Source of the DNA: Guillardia theta CCMP2712
Taxonomy: Eukaryota; Protista; Cryptophyta
Direction of reading: 5' to 3'
NCBI RefSeq assembly: GCF_000315625.1
Contig: NW_005434444.1
Location: 1-58,656, forward strand
DNA length: 58,656 bases
Positions 12,391 to 26,016 of this stretch are shown in pieces. A program made the position numbers and the translations under genes. The stretch's first letter is position 1; each line of letters begins with the position of its first letter. The notes under the pieces are model-generated. The model searched no databases. It had not been told where the DNA came from and saw nothing but the letters and a program-made list of their open reading frames with translations.

Positions 12391-15300
12391 ATGGCCTCCT
12401 TCTCACGGCAAGATGAGTTCGAGAAGCATCTCCGAACCATCAGACAAGGCTTGTTTGTTGGCCTCCCTGACGCCACCATGGCGGCAAGAAACCCTGTGGT
12501 GCTGACCCACTCTCTGCCTCCTGTGAATCGCCAGCTCTGAACAAGGTTGTAGGCGCCCACGAAAGCGAAGCCCAAGAATATCAAGACCGAGCAGCTCAAG
12601 TCGTGGTTGGAGAAGGTCTACGGGGGTCAGATCCATCCTCCTCGAACCCGTTCGGCTGCGATCCCAAGAAAGCCGCTCAACAAGGCGCGTCCAAAATCAG
12701 CGGCGAGTCAAGAAGCAGGGCGAGGGGACCCTTACGAGGCTCTACTCAACTGGAGGGATACGACCTCTTCGTTGGGAGATGCAGACGCGAGGCAGGCAAG
12801 CAAGCAGGACCTGTTGTACTGGAAACAACAAAGCGATCGCTTGTCATGCGTGAAGCAACCTCGAAGCTCGGTCACGCAAGGGCTGCAGGAATCCGACCCA
12901 CCCCAGTTCTCAGCGTACCAACCAAGGAGCGTTCGCTTCATTCGACGACATGACGAGAGTCGCGAGGAGTTGTCGGGCTCGCTGCTTGCTAGCCCTCGCG
13001 GGGCTGGCCTCGTGTCTTCAAAGCTGTCGGATGTGGATGAGCACAGCGATGATGACGGGATGGTTGACATCGACAGCGAGTTCAGCGACGAGTCTCTTCC
13101 CTCAGAGGACTTGGAGGAGGACCTGGACAACCATGATTCGGCTCTGCGACACCGGCATGTGGTTGTGGTAGAAACGCCTCCTGCCTTTGAGGAGGAGAGA
13201 ATCGAATATCGACCCAAAGACTGGCAACCCAGACAAGGCCTCGCATGCCACAACCGTCCTCAGACTGCTCCCATACGGAGAGAGCAGCAAACCATCCGCA
13301 GGAGCAAGTTGGTCATCGCCCAAGCCCCCAACGGGAACGTGAGACCCCAACGGAGGATCGCGAGTGCGAGTAGAGTGAGACTTCGGCTGCTTTTATGCGA
13401 CAGCCTGTGACGTAACTTGCAGTTCCGCCCTCCCCCTCCTCTTGCAGCGACGGTTACTGTTGACGATGGTGAAGCTGCTCGTACCAAGGATGAAGCGGCA
13501 GCGCTGGCCATCCGACGGAAGCGAGGAAGCAAGCAGAAGATTTTCATTATCTGCGGCTCTTTCCAGGACATCCGCGAAGGGCTCGTTAGACGAGGGTGGT
13601 GTGAGAATAGCACAAAGGACAGTCGAGTCTTCGATTTCAAGGTCATCATAGTCCCATCATTGGCTTCCTTTCGCTCTGTGTGTTCGTAACCTATCTATCG
13701 GTTTCTCCTCCTCCTCTCTGTAGTTGTCTTGCTTTCTGTCCCTGAACGTCTTTCAGTGGACCCTGTATGACAACGACGTCGGCTATAAGGACCTGAAGCG
13801 CAACCAGATTGTCAATCACTTTCAGGGAAATTGTGAAATCACTTCCAAGGGTCTTCTTTGCCGGAATCTTCGCAACTGTGTCTGGGCAATGGACCTTGAC
13901 CCTGACACGGTTCAGCCCAAGTATGCTTACATTTATGTTCGCTTATGCTGCCTCCTCCTCCTTTAGTCTTTTAGGCCTCAGTGCTGTGTGCAAGCAGTAA
14001 CGTTTTCCCTGTCCTGTTTCTGATGACTAGCCGTTCGCTGCTCGCCTTCGCTCTGAACTTTTGCTCAAGGTGTTTCGAAGTGTCGGATAGCACGGAATGG
14101 GACTCGTTTGTCGCTTCCTTCCATCTCTCTGCCATCCAAGGAGTTCTCTGCATGTACGCAGAGCGGCAGAGCAACGGGACTGAGGGGGCCTGGCCGATCA
14201 GCAAGCTCCATCTCGTGCAAGCAGCGCTGGCACTGGCCAAGGAGAGGATGTATCGTCTGCGGTATGAAGACTCTCCTCATCAGCTACAGAACGGCTGGGT
14301 GGACATGGGCGGGGTCGCGGGGATCTGCGGAGAGCAGAGTTTGATAGAGGAGGTCCTAGAGCTGTTCTACAGGCGAGCCGTGACTTTGATGCGATTTAAT
14401 CTGTCTGATACTCCCCTGTAGCATGAGAGATGTTTTCAGAAGCAAGAATGGCAGTGAGCAGGTGGATATGGGAGGGAAACATTTCTCAGGTACGACGAGC
14501 CTGCGATCGTGACTTCACTGAGATGCCTTGAAAGCTGCTGAAGATCCGTTAACGAGAGACTGCAAGCAAATTCTTCACGAGCTGAGGATTGCCGACCCTC
14601 AGTTCCTTGTCAACGGCATGCAGGGCGTGTGGATTGCCAAGGTATGCTCACTCCATGACCTGGTTCTCGTTTGTTTGCTCCTTGTTCTTATTTCCCTGCA
14701 CATCCTTTCATGCTCATGTTTCATGTCTGCCGTCAGGCGGCAAACAGCAGCAAAGGGGTTGGAATCAAGCTCTTCGACCGCCTGAGTCAGGTGAGAAGAG
14801 GGAGCGAGACGAGAGGCAGAAGAGGGCAGGCAACAAGAGAAGAGAGCAGACGAGAATGAAGAGGGCAAAGGCGAAGACTTTTGAGAGAAGAGGAGGAGGA
14901 GGAGATATGGCCGGTGGTCAACCTGGTTAGCTGAGATGTTCTTGCAGGCTATGGACAGCAAGGGAACAGCTCGAGTCCTGCAGAAGTATGTGGAAAGGCC
15001 CTTCCTCATCGCTTCCAGGAAGTTTGACATCCGTTGCTGGGTGAGAGGAGGGTAGTGTCCAGCTGCTGCTCAGCTACTTGCAGGTTCTTGTCACGGACTG
15101 GAATCCTCTAAGCATCTGGTTCTACCAAGACTGCATCCTCCGTTTCTGCAGCGAGCCTTGGAACCTCTCTGACGTCGCCAACCGTTTTGCCCACCTGTCA
15201 AACGTGTCTGTCAACAAGGTCAACTTCCGGGAGCACGACTCCTTCCAGCAGGTTTGACAGGCTGAAGGAGTTGAAAACCCGTTGAAACTTTTGACACACT

Positions 15301-18300
15301 GCTGAAGGTATGGGCGTCGTGGACACTCGCTGACCATCTGGCAAAAGAAACCGGAAGGTGAGAAACAAAACCTGCGATATATTCAGCTGGACGAGAGTTG
15401 AGGGTTTTGCAGGCCGGACATCTGGGAGAAGGAAGTGCTCCCAGCCATCAAGCACCTGGTCGTTGCCTCCCTCCGCTCCGCTCAGAACGAGATCCGTAAC
15501 CGCAAGGTCACCAGTCACCGCAAGCCCTCCCAACCCAACCCATCCCCTCTCATCGCCTCCAATCTCTCCTCCCCTTCCAATCGCTCTTCCATCCCATCCC
15601 ATCCCATCCCATCCCATCCCATCCCATCCTATCCTTCCGGACCCCCTCCTTCCCTTCCCCTCACAGTCTCACGCCCCTCTACTTTTCTCGCGATTTTCAA
15701 TCATCTTTGTCTGCACGTATGGGATGCTCCTCCTGATCTCCTTCCTCTCTCTGCTTGCCTCTGTCGCTCTCTCCTTCTCATCAACTCCAGCAGGGCTCCT
15801 TCGAACTCTACGGCTTCGACGTTCTTCTCGATGAGTCGCTGGTAATGGAAGAGAAGGAGAAGGAGAAGAGAAGGAGAAGGAGAAGAGAAGGAGAAGGAGA
15901 AGGAGAAGGAGGCACAGGTTCTCACTCGAGAATGCAGCACCCTTGGCTTTTGGAGATCAACTTGTCCCCTGACCTGCGACACACCACCGCAGTCAAGGCG
16001 TCTATGAGCAAAGCGCTGGTGGAGGATATGCTCGCTGTGAGGAGGAGGAGGAGGAGGAGGAGGAGGAGGAGGAGGAGGTATTGACAACTCTTTCAGCTCA
16101 TTGTCGACATTGGCTTCGAGCGTCTGAGACGGTTGGATCTGAGGGGTGCGAGGAGCGATGGTTACTTCTCAAACTTGCCAATAGGGTGGAGGCAGTCGGG
16201 TTGCTGGGAAGCTGTCAGGATCAGTGGGATAAGATTCAAGAAGCGATACCGGAGTGGAGGAGGAGGTCAAGTGAAGGTATGAACATGTGGATGGAGGGCA
16301 AAATGACGGAGTGACAGAAGGAGCGAACGAAGGCCTTGACAAGGAAGGATACGACGAGAGTATGAAGGAGGAGGCACAGAAAGATGGGCAGGAGAATGGT
16401 CCCTCCAGTCCCTCCTCCTCTGAGAATATGAGGAGAGAGCATGGGTGGTGCCTGATCTTTCGAGATGGGACTGAGAGTGAAGGAAGGGAAGGAGGAGATT
16501 TGAGTCTTGCGGTGGAAGGCCAGAAGATGTCGAACAGAGCGATGAGAAACTTTGACATCTTTGTTGACAGGTCAATTGCTCGCTTCTCCTCCTCTTACTT
16601 TCATTCCCTCCTCCTCTTCACTGCTCCCTTCTCCCCCCCCCCCCCCTTGCTCTTTCTTCTCTACTCTGCCCATTTTCTTCTTTTCTTTTACAAAGTTTAC
16701 AGACAACTTGTGATAGCGAATGTCTTGACGATCCAACGAAGATTCAGAAAGTTCCTGGAAAGGAAGAGGTAGATTATCTTCTTCTTTCCTCGGCTGCACT
16801 CTTCTTTTACCTTCTTACCTCAATTTTTCCTATCTTACTTCTGCTTGTATGGCCTATGATATCTGCGTAGGTTTCAAGCTCATAGGAGAAGCTCGAAACT
16901 TGTTTCAACTCGCTGCAAGGCATGCTTTGCCAGGAGGAGATTCGTCCGCCTTATCATGGCAGGAGAGAGACTCAAGGTTTGAACCTCCTCCACCTACTCC
17001 TCCTTTGAGGCTACCTCCCCCACCCCACCACCCCCACCCCCTCCTCTTCCTCCTGTACTCCTCGTCCTGGGCTCCTCCTTGAATCCTTCTCTTTCTCCAC
17101 CTCCTACTCATTCATTTCTTTTCCGCTCCTCCATCGCTTGCTTGTCCTCACTCCACGAAAGATATCTGCAAAGCGAACGCTGCAGCTGCGCTTCTACATT
17201 CTCCTCTCCTCCGCTCTTCGTCTTCAGCGGGCCTGGAAAGGTTTCAAGGCCCGGGCGTGCGCGAGGAGGAAGGCAGCGTGTGTGCTGCAGCTGCAAGCTC
17301 TGGGCCGGGGGTTTCTTGCTCGGCGATTCCACCGGTCTGTTCTCCTGTTAGCGAATCGCAGGAGAAAGGAGGAGGGCAGAGAGGAGGAGGAGGAGGAGGA
17401 GGAGGAGGCGAGATCAGCTCCACGTCCTCGAGTTTTTCTTCCTTTCCTTCCGTCTCCCCTTTCCCCTCGTCTTGTTCCTTCTGCCTGGACAGACTTCTGG
17501 TCCCGCCGCTCCAGGGCTCCGGAGCATCGCCTGCTATGTAGACGGTTGACCTTCCTCCCTCCTCGTCCTTCTTGACTACTTCTCTCCTCCTCCTCCTCTC
17601 TATCCGCTACTGCTCTGCTCTTCCATCCCTCCATCGCTCTTTTTCCTCCCCTTCGACCTCCCTCCGCATCAATCTCAGCATTGATTTGACGCGCAGATTC
17701 TGCATGAGCGGCGTCTTTGAATTTCCAGCAGCTCATCATGCAATTCTCTTGCTGCAGAACAAAGTGCGAGGGCGAGCAGAGCGACATAAGTTCTTGGAGG
17801 CCATGTAAGACCACCTCCCTCCGTCCTTGAGATCACAATCCCGCTCCTCCTTCAACTTGTAAACATTGTTCTCATCACTCACTGCATTTACCTCCAACCC
17901 TTGATCTGCTGATCTCCTCTTTCTTCCTCTCCCTCAACGTATCTTCCATCCTCCTCTCCCCTTCTATTTCTTGTTTCTCTTCTTCCCAACTCTTACAGCA
18001 TGAATTTCTCTTCTCGATCTTCTCTGACTTGTTACGTTCCATGGCAGGGCCGTCAAGTCGCTCGCAATAGCAGTGAGGAGGAGGAGGGAGCGCCACAGCC
18101 TCTGCCAGCAGCTCGCCTGCTCCCTGCTCCTGTCAACGATCAAGCGACGCTCCTTGTGCTTCTCGTACATCCTCCAACTGCGAGCAGTCAAATCTTGCCT
18201 CCTCCCCTCCCTCGTCCGATTCAGCCAGGCCTCTTCCCTCCTCCGACAGAAAGTTGCTACATGCTTGCTTCAGGTCCTCTCCAACCTTCTCCTCTACCTC

Positions 18301-20426
18301 CGTCGCCTCCTCCACCACCACGTCCCTCCCACCTTTTCTCGTCCTCCGCCCCTCCTTCTGTTCCTGACAGCCATTCAGGCGAGGATCCGCCGTCTCCTCC
18401 CATGCGACCGCTGGCTGAAACTCTCAGCTGCTCTGCGCATCGGCTGCTTCCTCCGCTCATGCGACGCTCGCAGACGGGTTGGCCGCATCAGAGCCGCAAA
18501 CTCGCTGAAGGTGAGGGAAGAGAAGGAGGGGGGCATTTGACCAAGTTCGGGGAATAGGAGCAGGCAGAGGATAGGAGGGGATGGTGGAAGAGACGGAGGA
18601 GGTTGAAGAGCAGCAGTAATGTGTTTGATCGTATCATGCTTGCAGGTTTACATGCGTTCAGCGCTGCAGAGAAGGAGGTGGGAGAGGAGGGAGGGCGGGA
18701 GGAGGATACTCCTCTTGCTGAGACGGTGGATGGCGCGATCAGATCTTGAGAGGAGGAGGTGAGAATCTGCCGGGAAGTAGCGAAGGGAACTGATACAAGG
18801 CAGGGCTGCCAACTTGCTGTCTCGATTGCTCCGCAGGAGGAGAGATCAGGAGCAGCTGCAGAAGAGAAAAGCAGCTGCCGAACTGCAGCGGAGGACGAGA
18901 ACTTGTTGGGATCGGAAGATGTGGATGAAGGGGAAACAGGCGATTGTTCTGCTCTCCGCTCAGCTTCGTCGGCTCGAAGTGACAAGCTGGAAGAGCAAGG
19001 AGACTCAGGCGGCAAGAGTACTGCAGGTATGCTCCTACACTAGAGCAGGGGGTCAAAGGCAGAAAGAAGCTGGGTGGGGGGGAAAGGGAGAAGTGTGGGA
19101 GGGGGTCACGAAGAGAGGAGGGTGAGGACGAGGACGAGGACGAGGAAGAGGACGAGGAAGAGGAAGAGGAAGAGGCTGGTCTTGTTGAGTTTGGTTGCAG
19201 CATGGATGGATCTGCTACATGTCTCGCAGGTTCTTCCGGCGACTCCGCGAGCTGCAAGCGAGGTGAACGAGGCAGGGCGAGGAGGGAGGGGAAGAGAGAG
19301 GAAGAGAGAAGAGAGAAGGGAAGGGAAGGAGAGAGACTGAGGGGAAAGGAGGGAAGAAAGAAGAGGAAGGAGGAAGGGGGAAGGAGGAAGGGTGTCAACA
19401 AACTGTTTCAGCTGCATGACAAAAGCTGCAGAGAAGTTGAGAGTCGACTTCGAGGAGAGCGCCAGCGACGCTCAGGCCGCACGGGGCAGCAGGAGGGAAG
19501 AGGGAAGGAGAGGACGAGGAGCCAGCTGAACGAAGGGAAGGAGGAGGAGGCGTGCAAGCCTGGCCTGCCGCTGCCAGCGACGATCAGCAAGCTGAGGCTG
19601 CGGCAAAGTTTCCGACTGAACCTGGAGCTGCTCAAGGGGGGAGGAAAGTCTTCGCTCGCCGACAACGAGGAAGGAAAAGACGTTGAGGTGGTGCTGCGAG
19701 CGGCGAACGAGCAGGTGGAGCAGAGCTACAAGAAGTTTCTGGAGAAAAGGAGGAGCGGGAGCGAGGAGAAGGAGAAAGGAGGAAAAGATCGCAAGCGGAA
19801 GGAGGAGAAGGGAGGCAGGAGGATGGAGGTGCCGGAGGAGGAGAGGGAGAAGATGGCTGGGGGGAGAGAGACGGAGAGGGCAGAAAGTCGCTCCTCCTCT
19901 CTCCGCCTCCGCGAGCGAGTGGCTGCCCTTTCTGCCCTCTACGATGAGCCCGAGAAGAGGGAGGAAGCTGGGCTTCAGTTGGGGAACGTCAGCGCGAGGG
20001 AGGAGCTGGACTCTCCCGCCTCCTCGAGCTCCAGCCGTCGATCGTCCTCGAGGGCCGCGAGCCCCAAGAAGTGGACGCAAACGAGGCCGCAGGAGATGCG
20101 CGACTCCACCGCGGTGAGAGGAGGAGAGGAAGGAAAGGAAAGGAAGGGAGTTTGCGGGGGAGGGGGGGGGGTATCTAAAGGGCGGAAAGAGTTGAAGGAA
20201 GAGGAGCAAGAAGAGCCCAGGGGGGCTTGGGGGAGGAAGGAGGACGACAGAACGAGAGGGGCAGGAGGTAGGAACAGGAGTAGCGGAGGGGGCGAGGGGG
20301 GGGGGGCAGGAGGGAGGTGGAGCTGACGTTTGCTGCCTCTAGCTCCTCGATGCTTTCCTTGAGGTGCCGACGCCGAGGACGACCAGGTCGATGAGGACGA
20401 AGACCAAGACAACCGGAGCCTGGGGT

Positions 20427-20460
<34 letters not shown>

Positions 20461-20774
20461 AAGCGAGACAGGGGTCGAGGAGGAGCAGCAGCAGCAGGAG
20501 GAGAGGGACCGGTTCACTCGCTTCTGATCGTGTAGCAGATTCGGAGGGACTTTACAGCATCTTGGACTTCGTCGGAAAAGACAGACTTGGAGGAGCAGCA
20601 GCAGCACGAGGGGGAGGGGGGGCAGGAGGAGGAGGAGGAGGAGGAGGAGGAGGACGGTTGTACAAGCGAAGCCAATCAGCCAAGACAAGAAGGAATGAGG
20701 CAGGAGCTGCCGAGAGGTTCGCTTTGAAGCTCGCGGAGGTGAAGGGGGAGAAGTTGGAGGATGTGGAGGGTTGA
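12391..20774 (+). CDS. Large tubulin-tyrosine-ligase-like protein (TTLL3/TTLL8 glycylase-like) followed by IQ-like motifs and a low-complexity tail; start, end and single-gene status uncertain
   Basis: [109 protein letters not shown]; later IQRRFRKFLER, LQRAWKGFKAR, LQALGRGFLAR. Confidence 0.8.
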
Positions 20775-21248
20775 CAAGAAAGCAGATGAAGCAAGAGGAA
20801 GCCAGTGCTGGAAACCTCAAGGTGAGAAGGAGGAGAGAGGCTGAGGGAGGAGAGGAGAAGAGCTGAACGAGAAGGAACTGGGGAAAGATGGAGGGGGACG
20901 GGGAGAGGGGGAGGGTGATCTCGTGGCATGACAGCAGGCAAATCCGTATGAGGAGCCCATGAAGAGATCCTTCGCTGTGCGGCCGTAAGAAAGTCTGCCT
21001 CCTCTAGTCGGGCAATTGCTGTTCCTCCCCTTCATCTTCCCCTTCCTCCATCCCACCCCGTTCGCATTTCCTCCTCTTCCTCCTCCTCTGCAGCTATCCC
21101 TATCATCGTCTCTCTCCTCTTTCTGCCTCCCAGTGTGAGGTTTCGACTCACAGGAAGCAAACAGATACGCGGCAGCAGAGGGCAGCGCCCGTCCTCGGCC
21201 TCGAGTCAAGCGAGCATGGTAACTGTATTCACTTGTCCTCCGACCTTT

Positions 21249-22280
21249 TCAGCTCCTCCTTGAGTTCCTGCACTTGTTGGAAGTCCTGTAAATTAGCCAA
21301 TCAATGAAATACACAAACGTGCTGGAGGAGGAGGAGGAGGAATTCATTGCCTGTCTTTCCACTGCCTTCATCATGGAGTCTTGCTTATCTTTCATCTCTT
21401 CCTCCTCCTTTTTATCAGCTCCTCCTTCTTTTGCCTCCTTCTCCGGCTTCTCCTGCCCATAAACCTCCACGAAGTCGAGCTTCGGTAAGACGCTCGCCAG
21501 CCAGGACCCTGCAGAAGCGTCAAAAGCTTTGGAGCGGCTCCTTCCTCCACCTTTCGCCTCCTCGTTCTTCCTCAGCTTGTCGCTCATGGCCGACCGCGCC
21601 TGCTTCCGCTCCCAGTTCTTGTCCTGCTCGCCTGTCAGGCTCAGCACAGCTCAAACTCAGCAAGGCCTCGGGCCCCTGACGCAGAAACTTCTCCAGTCCC
21701 ACATCTCCCGCATACGTCTGGATTAGGTCAGGTCCAGCTGGACAAGAGCTGAGCGACTTGACCTGGAACTGGATGAGGCCAGCAGCCACTAGGCACACAA
21801 AAACTCCAGAGAAGTAGAGGACGTCGAGGTTGGGAGGAGCCGTGCCAGGGTCCAACCCGGCGATCTGCAGATACAGCAGCCGGTCAGGAGGACGAGAGCG
21901 AAGAGGAAGAGCAGTATGAATGAAACACCGGGGGAACACGAGGAACAGTCTGTGCGGAGAACAGGAGAGCAGAGGAGGAGGGAAGAAAGAAGGGTGAGGA
22001 GACTATCCAGAAGCAGAGCTGACATGGATCATGGACAGTGACGGCTGCTGCCTGTGTCGCAGAGGAGGAGAGGCGAGTAACGAGGTCCTGAAGCCATGGA
22101 CTGAAGACAAACTGACGGGAGTGAAAGTGAGTTTTTTGCTTATCGACACATCTCAAAAGTTTCGTGGTCTCAGATCGCAACGTCAACATGTTTCCCTTCC
22201 TGTTTGCGCCCTGGTTCTTCTCAACCAAGATTCGGAGCCCTCATTGCCTCGGCTCCATGCTCACCATTGCTGTAGGCATG
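21249..22280 (-). CDS. Hypothetical spliced protein with one predicted TM segment
   Basis: Exon-like frames IAGLDPGTAPPNLDVLYFSGVFVCLVAAGLIQFQ, GDVGLEKFLRQ, WLASVLPKLDFVEVYGQ; start uncertain. Confidence 0.5.
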
Positions 22281-22599
22281 CTTGCTCGCGGTATGAATGC
22301 CTCTGAAGCTGTTTCGTCTCTTCCTTCTCGTTGCTGGGGTAGTGTTCTCTTCTCTGCCCTTCTAGCCCTTCCCTTCCTTCACTCCACTTGGCCGTAGGGC
22401 AAGTCAAGAAATCTTCTAAATGCTTCCTTCTCTCACCCTCCTACTCCTCTTCCAAGCCTATCCCCTCTCTCGTTCGTTGTCATTCCTTCTCCTAATCGTG
22501 TTAGCAACCATCTTCCCCTCCCTCTCCCCCTCCTCCTCCTCCTCCTCACCTCAGCGGTTTGACTGCACTGACCAGCATTTTCCTTTATAACCAAGCCAA

Positions 22600-23215
22600 G
22601 CCGACGGCCGTCGCCGGTCGGCGGCAGCCGGCCCGGCCCGGCGGCCCGACCGTACGGTCTGGTCCCGGAGTCCGACCGACTCTCGGACGCACGGTACAGT
22701 CAGTCACAAATTGAAGTGAACATGCCGGGCTCAGTGTACCAAACCCTACCGTCCATCGACTCTCTGTCGAACACCGTCATGATTGTCTTTTTTATCTCTT
22801 TACTCTAAGTTTAGTTAAAAATCAGTACCGTAGTACGGAAGTGGCAAGGAGATTGTGGCTGCTTTGCAGGACAGAGATGATGAACTTCGCCAATTTCTTG
22901 CTTGCCACCCTGACACTGTCGCACAGCCCCAGAGCCTTGTCCGTACGGTACGGTCGGAGGCTCCGAGGCTCCGTCAGTCCGACCGTCCGTCACCACCGTA
23001 GCGTCGGAGTCACCCGGACGGTGGCAAGCCTTGCCGGAGACCGCCGGGCCGCTTTGACGGTCACCCGGCGGGCCCGGGGTGCCGCGCCACGGTGCCAAGG
23101 GCCGGGCCTTCCGAAGTTCAAGTTGGGGTGACTCGGTGAGCCGGCCGTGCCACCGGGTGGCCCGGACTCCGAGTCCGAGTCACTCCGGGTGAGCCAGCGG
23201 CTTGTCAACTCACAT
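22600..23215. other. GC-rich intergenic island carrying the conserved motif (22797-22829) and shared 13- and 20-bp modules
   Basis: Dense CCGG/GGCC/GTCA/TCGGA/ACGGT words; accctgacactgtcgcacag at 22907-22926 is identical to 52070-52089. Confidence 0.7.
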
Positions 23216-23232
23216 CAGGTTGCGATGCTTCG

Positions 23233-24091
23233 ATGCAGGGGAGGGGCGCTGACGAGACGCTGAAGGAGAGTATCATGGCAGTGACCGTAACAGTGAGAGA
23301 GGGAGGGGAGAGTCAGATGATGCAGTCGACAGCCTGAGGTGGAGCGACGCTAGCCAGGGGAGGAGACTGAGAGGAACATCAAAGATTCGAAAGACTTTTC
23401 GGCTACTTTAAGTTGAAGTTACTCGCTGGCGACGATTGAAGAGCTCGATTGCTCAACTATCGCGCTCAGAAGCAAATCTTTCCTTCAGCGATGCTCTCTT
23501 GCCAGCCTCCTCCTACTGACCAGGTTTGCTGCCAGGGATGTCTAAGAAGGGGCTGGTGCACTGGATAGGTTCTGCGATAGCGCGAGGGAAGGAATTTATC
23601 TCGGAGCCCACGAGGGAGGCAGGGGAGCATGTGAGCGCTAGATATGCCAGCGCTCGACCATGACGTTGAAGATAAGCAGGGTGGAGAGGATGGGGCAAAC
23701 GACAGAATGTCAAACCTTCGAATGAAGTTCGATCAGTATGACAAAGTGTCGACAAAGAGCTTCTCTGTTATGCTTCGCTGACTTGAGATTGACATGCAGG
23801 AGGGCAAGGGGGTCTTAGCACGAGAGGATTGCATGCTGCTCCTGCGAGACCTCTTCCTCACATTCAGCGATGAGCTGCCGACGCAGGAGCGGGTCGATCT
23901 TGCGGTGCGATCGCTCTCAAATTCAATCGGGATGAGCGAGGAGGAGGAGGGATGGGAAGTTGGCTTTCAAGACCTGTGTGACTGGTTACCTTCTATCCTC
24001 CTCCTCCTCCTCCTCCTCCTCTTCCTCCTCCTTCTCCTCCTCCTCTTCCTCCTCCTTGTCAACAGCTCACCACCACCACCACCACCATCGC

Positions 24092-24171
<80 letters not shown>

Positions 24172-25057
24172 AACAACAACAACAACAACAACAACTGCTA
24201 CTTTCTGCACCTCCATTTCTACCACAACACCAGCCGCAAGCACCCTCCTGCCCCTGCCCCTGCCCCTGCCCCTGCCCCTGCCCCTGCCCCTGCCCCTGCC
24301 CCTGCCCCTGCCCCTGCTCCGGCTCCGGCTCCTGCTCCGGCTCCTGCTTCTGCTCCTGCTTCTCCATTCGTTATGCTGTGTCATACTTTCTTAGCCTCTT
24401 TCCTGCAAGGGCTGTTGGGCCCACCTGCGTTTGAGCTCGGCTATCCCTCACAGCTCTACTGCTCAGGTACCTTCAAGGCCCCAACTCATCAAAGGAGCTG
24501 CAGGCGGGACAGGTGCAGGAGGAGGGAGCAATTGAGACACGATAGATCCTGAGTTTGCGACTAGCAGGGGGGAACCTCCCAACTAGAAGGGTCCAGCTCT
24601 CCTGCCGCTGTCCTGCCGCGAATCAACTCTTCGGGAATCGAACCCCCTGCTAAGAACTCTCCGATGGCGCTGAGGAATAGTCAGCAAGTTGTAACAGGAG
24701 AAGAACGCCAGGTGAAGGAGGCAGAGGCCCATGGTCCAGTCGCTTCCCCTTGGTGACCCTCTGACGACTGCACAGAAAACCTCCAGCTCGCCTCCCCCTG
24801 AGAGAATCAACGGCCGGCGCTCAAAGGGCTGGGAGGGCGGCGAGGATTTGACCCCTGCGATCCGAGACATCCGAGACACCTTAATTGACTGCAACACCTT
24901 CATCAAGGTCATACCCTAGCTCTGGTCAAGCTCCTCGCCAGCTGACTTCCTGCAGCGCTGGGAGCTGAGCATAGACGAGCACATCGAACGTCAGCTGGAA
25001 ATCTTGAAGCTGAGAGAAGTGGAAGTCAAGGGCCCTCAGGCTAACGACCCGGCTTGA
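23233..25057 (+). CDS. Hypothetical protein with an EF-hand-like region
   Basis: Spliced LRMKFDQYDK|EGKGVLAREDCMLLLRDL...VGFQDLCDW; last exon WELSIDEHIERQLEILK...DPA*; boundaries approximate. Confidence 0.5.
23997..24362 (+). repeat. Compound intronic microsatellite: (CCT)n, (CAC)n, (CAA)n, (CCTGCC)n
   Basis: Directly visible; CAA run about 24091-24195, CCTGCC run about 24247-24316. Confidence 0.95.
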
Positions 25058-25575
25058 TCCTTTCCGGTGGCACCGCCGGGCCGGGTAAGGCTTCGGACAC
25101 GAACGGTTCCGAGTTCCGAGAGCCCTCCTCAGTCGTCAGTAGCACTGAGCAATCGCCTTAGTGACTCCGAGCCTCGGAGGCTCCGACACTCGGCGCCTCT
25201 GAGGCCGTACCGGCGGTCTTGCAAGTTGCCAGCCGCGGCTGCGGCCGCCGGGCCGCGGCCGGGAGACCGGGACTCGAGAGGTTGTGACCGTTCACGCCGT
25301 TGTAAACCGTTCACAGTGACACATGAGTCATGACTCTACTCAGTAGTTCCCTCTCACTGTCGCAGCCCGGCCTGCGCGCGGGCCGGGCGGCCCGGCGGGG
25401 GCCCCACCGGGCCCCTGACCAGGACTGGCACCCGTCCGGGCGGTGACCGTACCGGGCCTCGCCCGGCCGTTCCCAGAGTCCTGCGGTTCCGAAGTTCGAC
25501 GGGCCGGCCGCCGCCCCGCGGCCGCGCCGGCACCCGGCCCGGCCCGCCGCGGCACCCGGCATTTCAATAACGGTT
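25040..25575. other. GC-rich intergenic island upstream of PSMG4
   Basis: Same short-word composition as the other islands. Confidence 0.6.
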
Positions 25576-26016
25576 ACTGCCGGCATTATGATAATAGGCA
25601 GGAGATGAGGGGGATGAACTGGACGGCCTGCGCTTCTAGCAGGAGGAAGAGAACGAGGAAGAGAGGAGAAGAGTAGAGAGGAGAGGAGAGAGGAGAGAGG
25701 AGAGAGGAGAAGAGAGGAGAGGGATGTACGAGGCCAAGAGAACGAGGAGGGAAGGAGAGGGGATTGGGAGGACAAGCGAGTGGAGGAGAGGTAAGAAGTG
25801 GGAGTCTCAGGAATGAAAGCAAGAAACAGCAAGTGGAGAGTGCGAGGAGGGGGGAGTTACACGGAAATGATAGGAGAAGGCAGAAGATGGAGAGAAAGAG
25901 GAGGAGCAACGAAGCTTGTGGTGGTAGAGGTCGTAGCAGCAGAAACGAGGCGCCGACGAGAGGAGGAGGAGGAGGAGGAGGAGGGGCAAGGGCTGATCAT
26001 CGTGACATGCAACAGG

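Noticed and set aside
22811-23208. ORFs within GC islands (also at 25.1, 33.6, 39.4 and 54.7 kb)
   Set aside because: Open only because of high GC; Arg/Pro/Gly-rich with no recognisable family.
23794-24552. ORF with polyL/polyQ/polyN/(PA)n
   Set aside because: Read-through of an intronic compound microsatellite; only the flanks look like exons.
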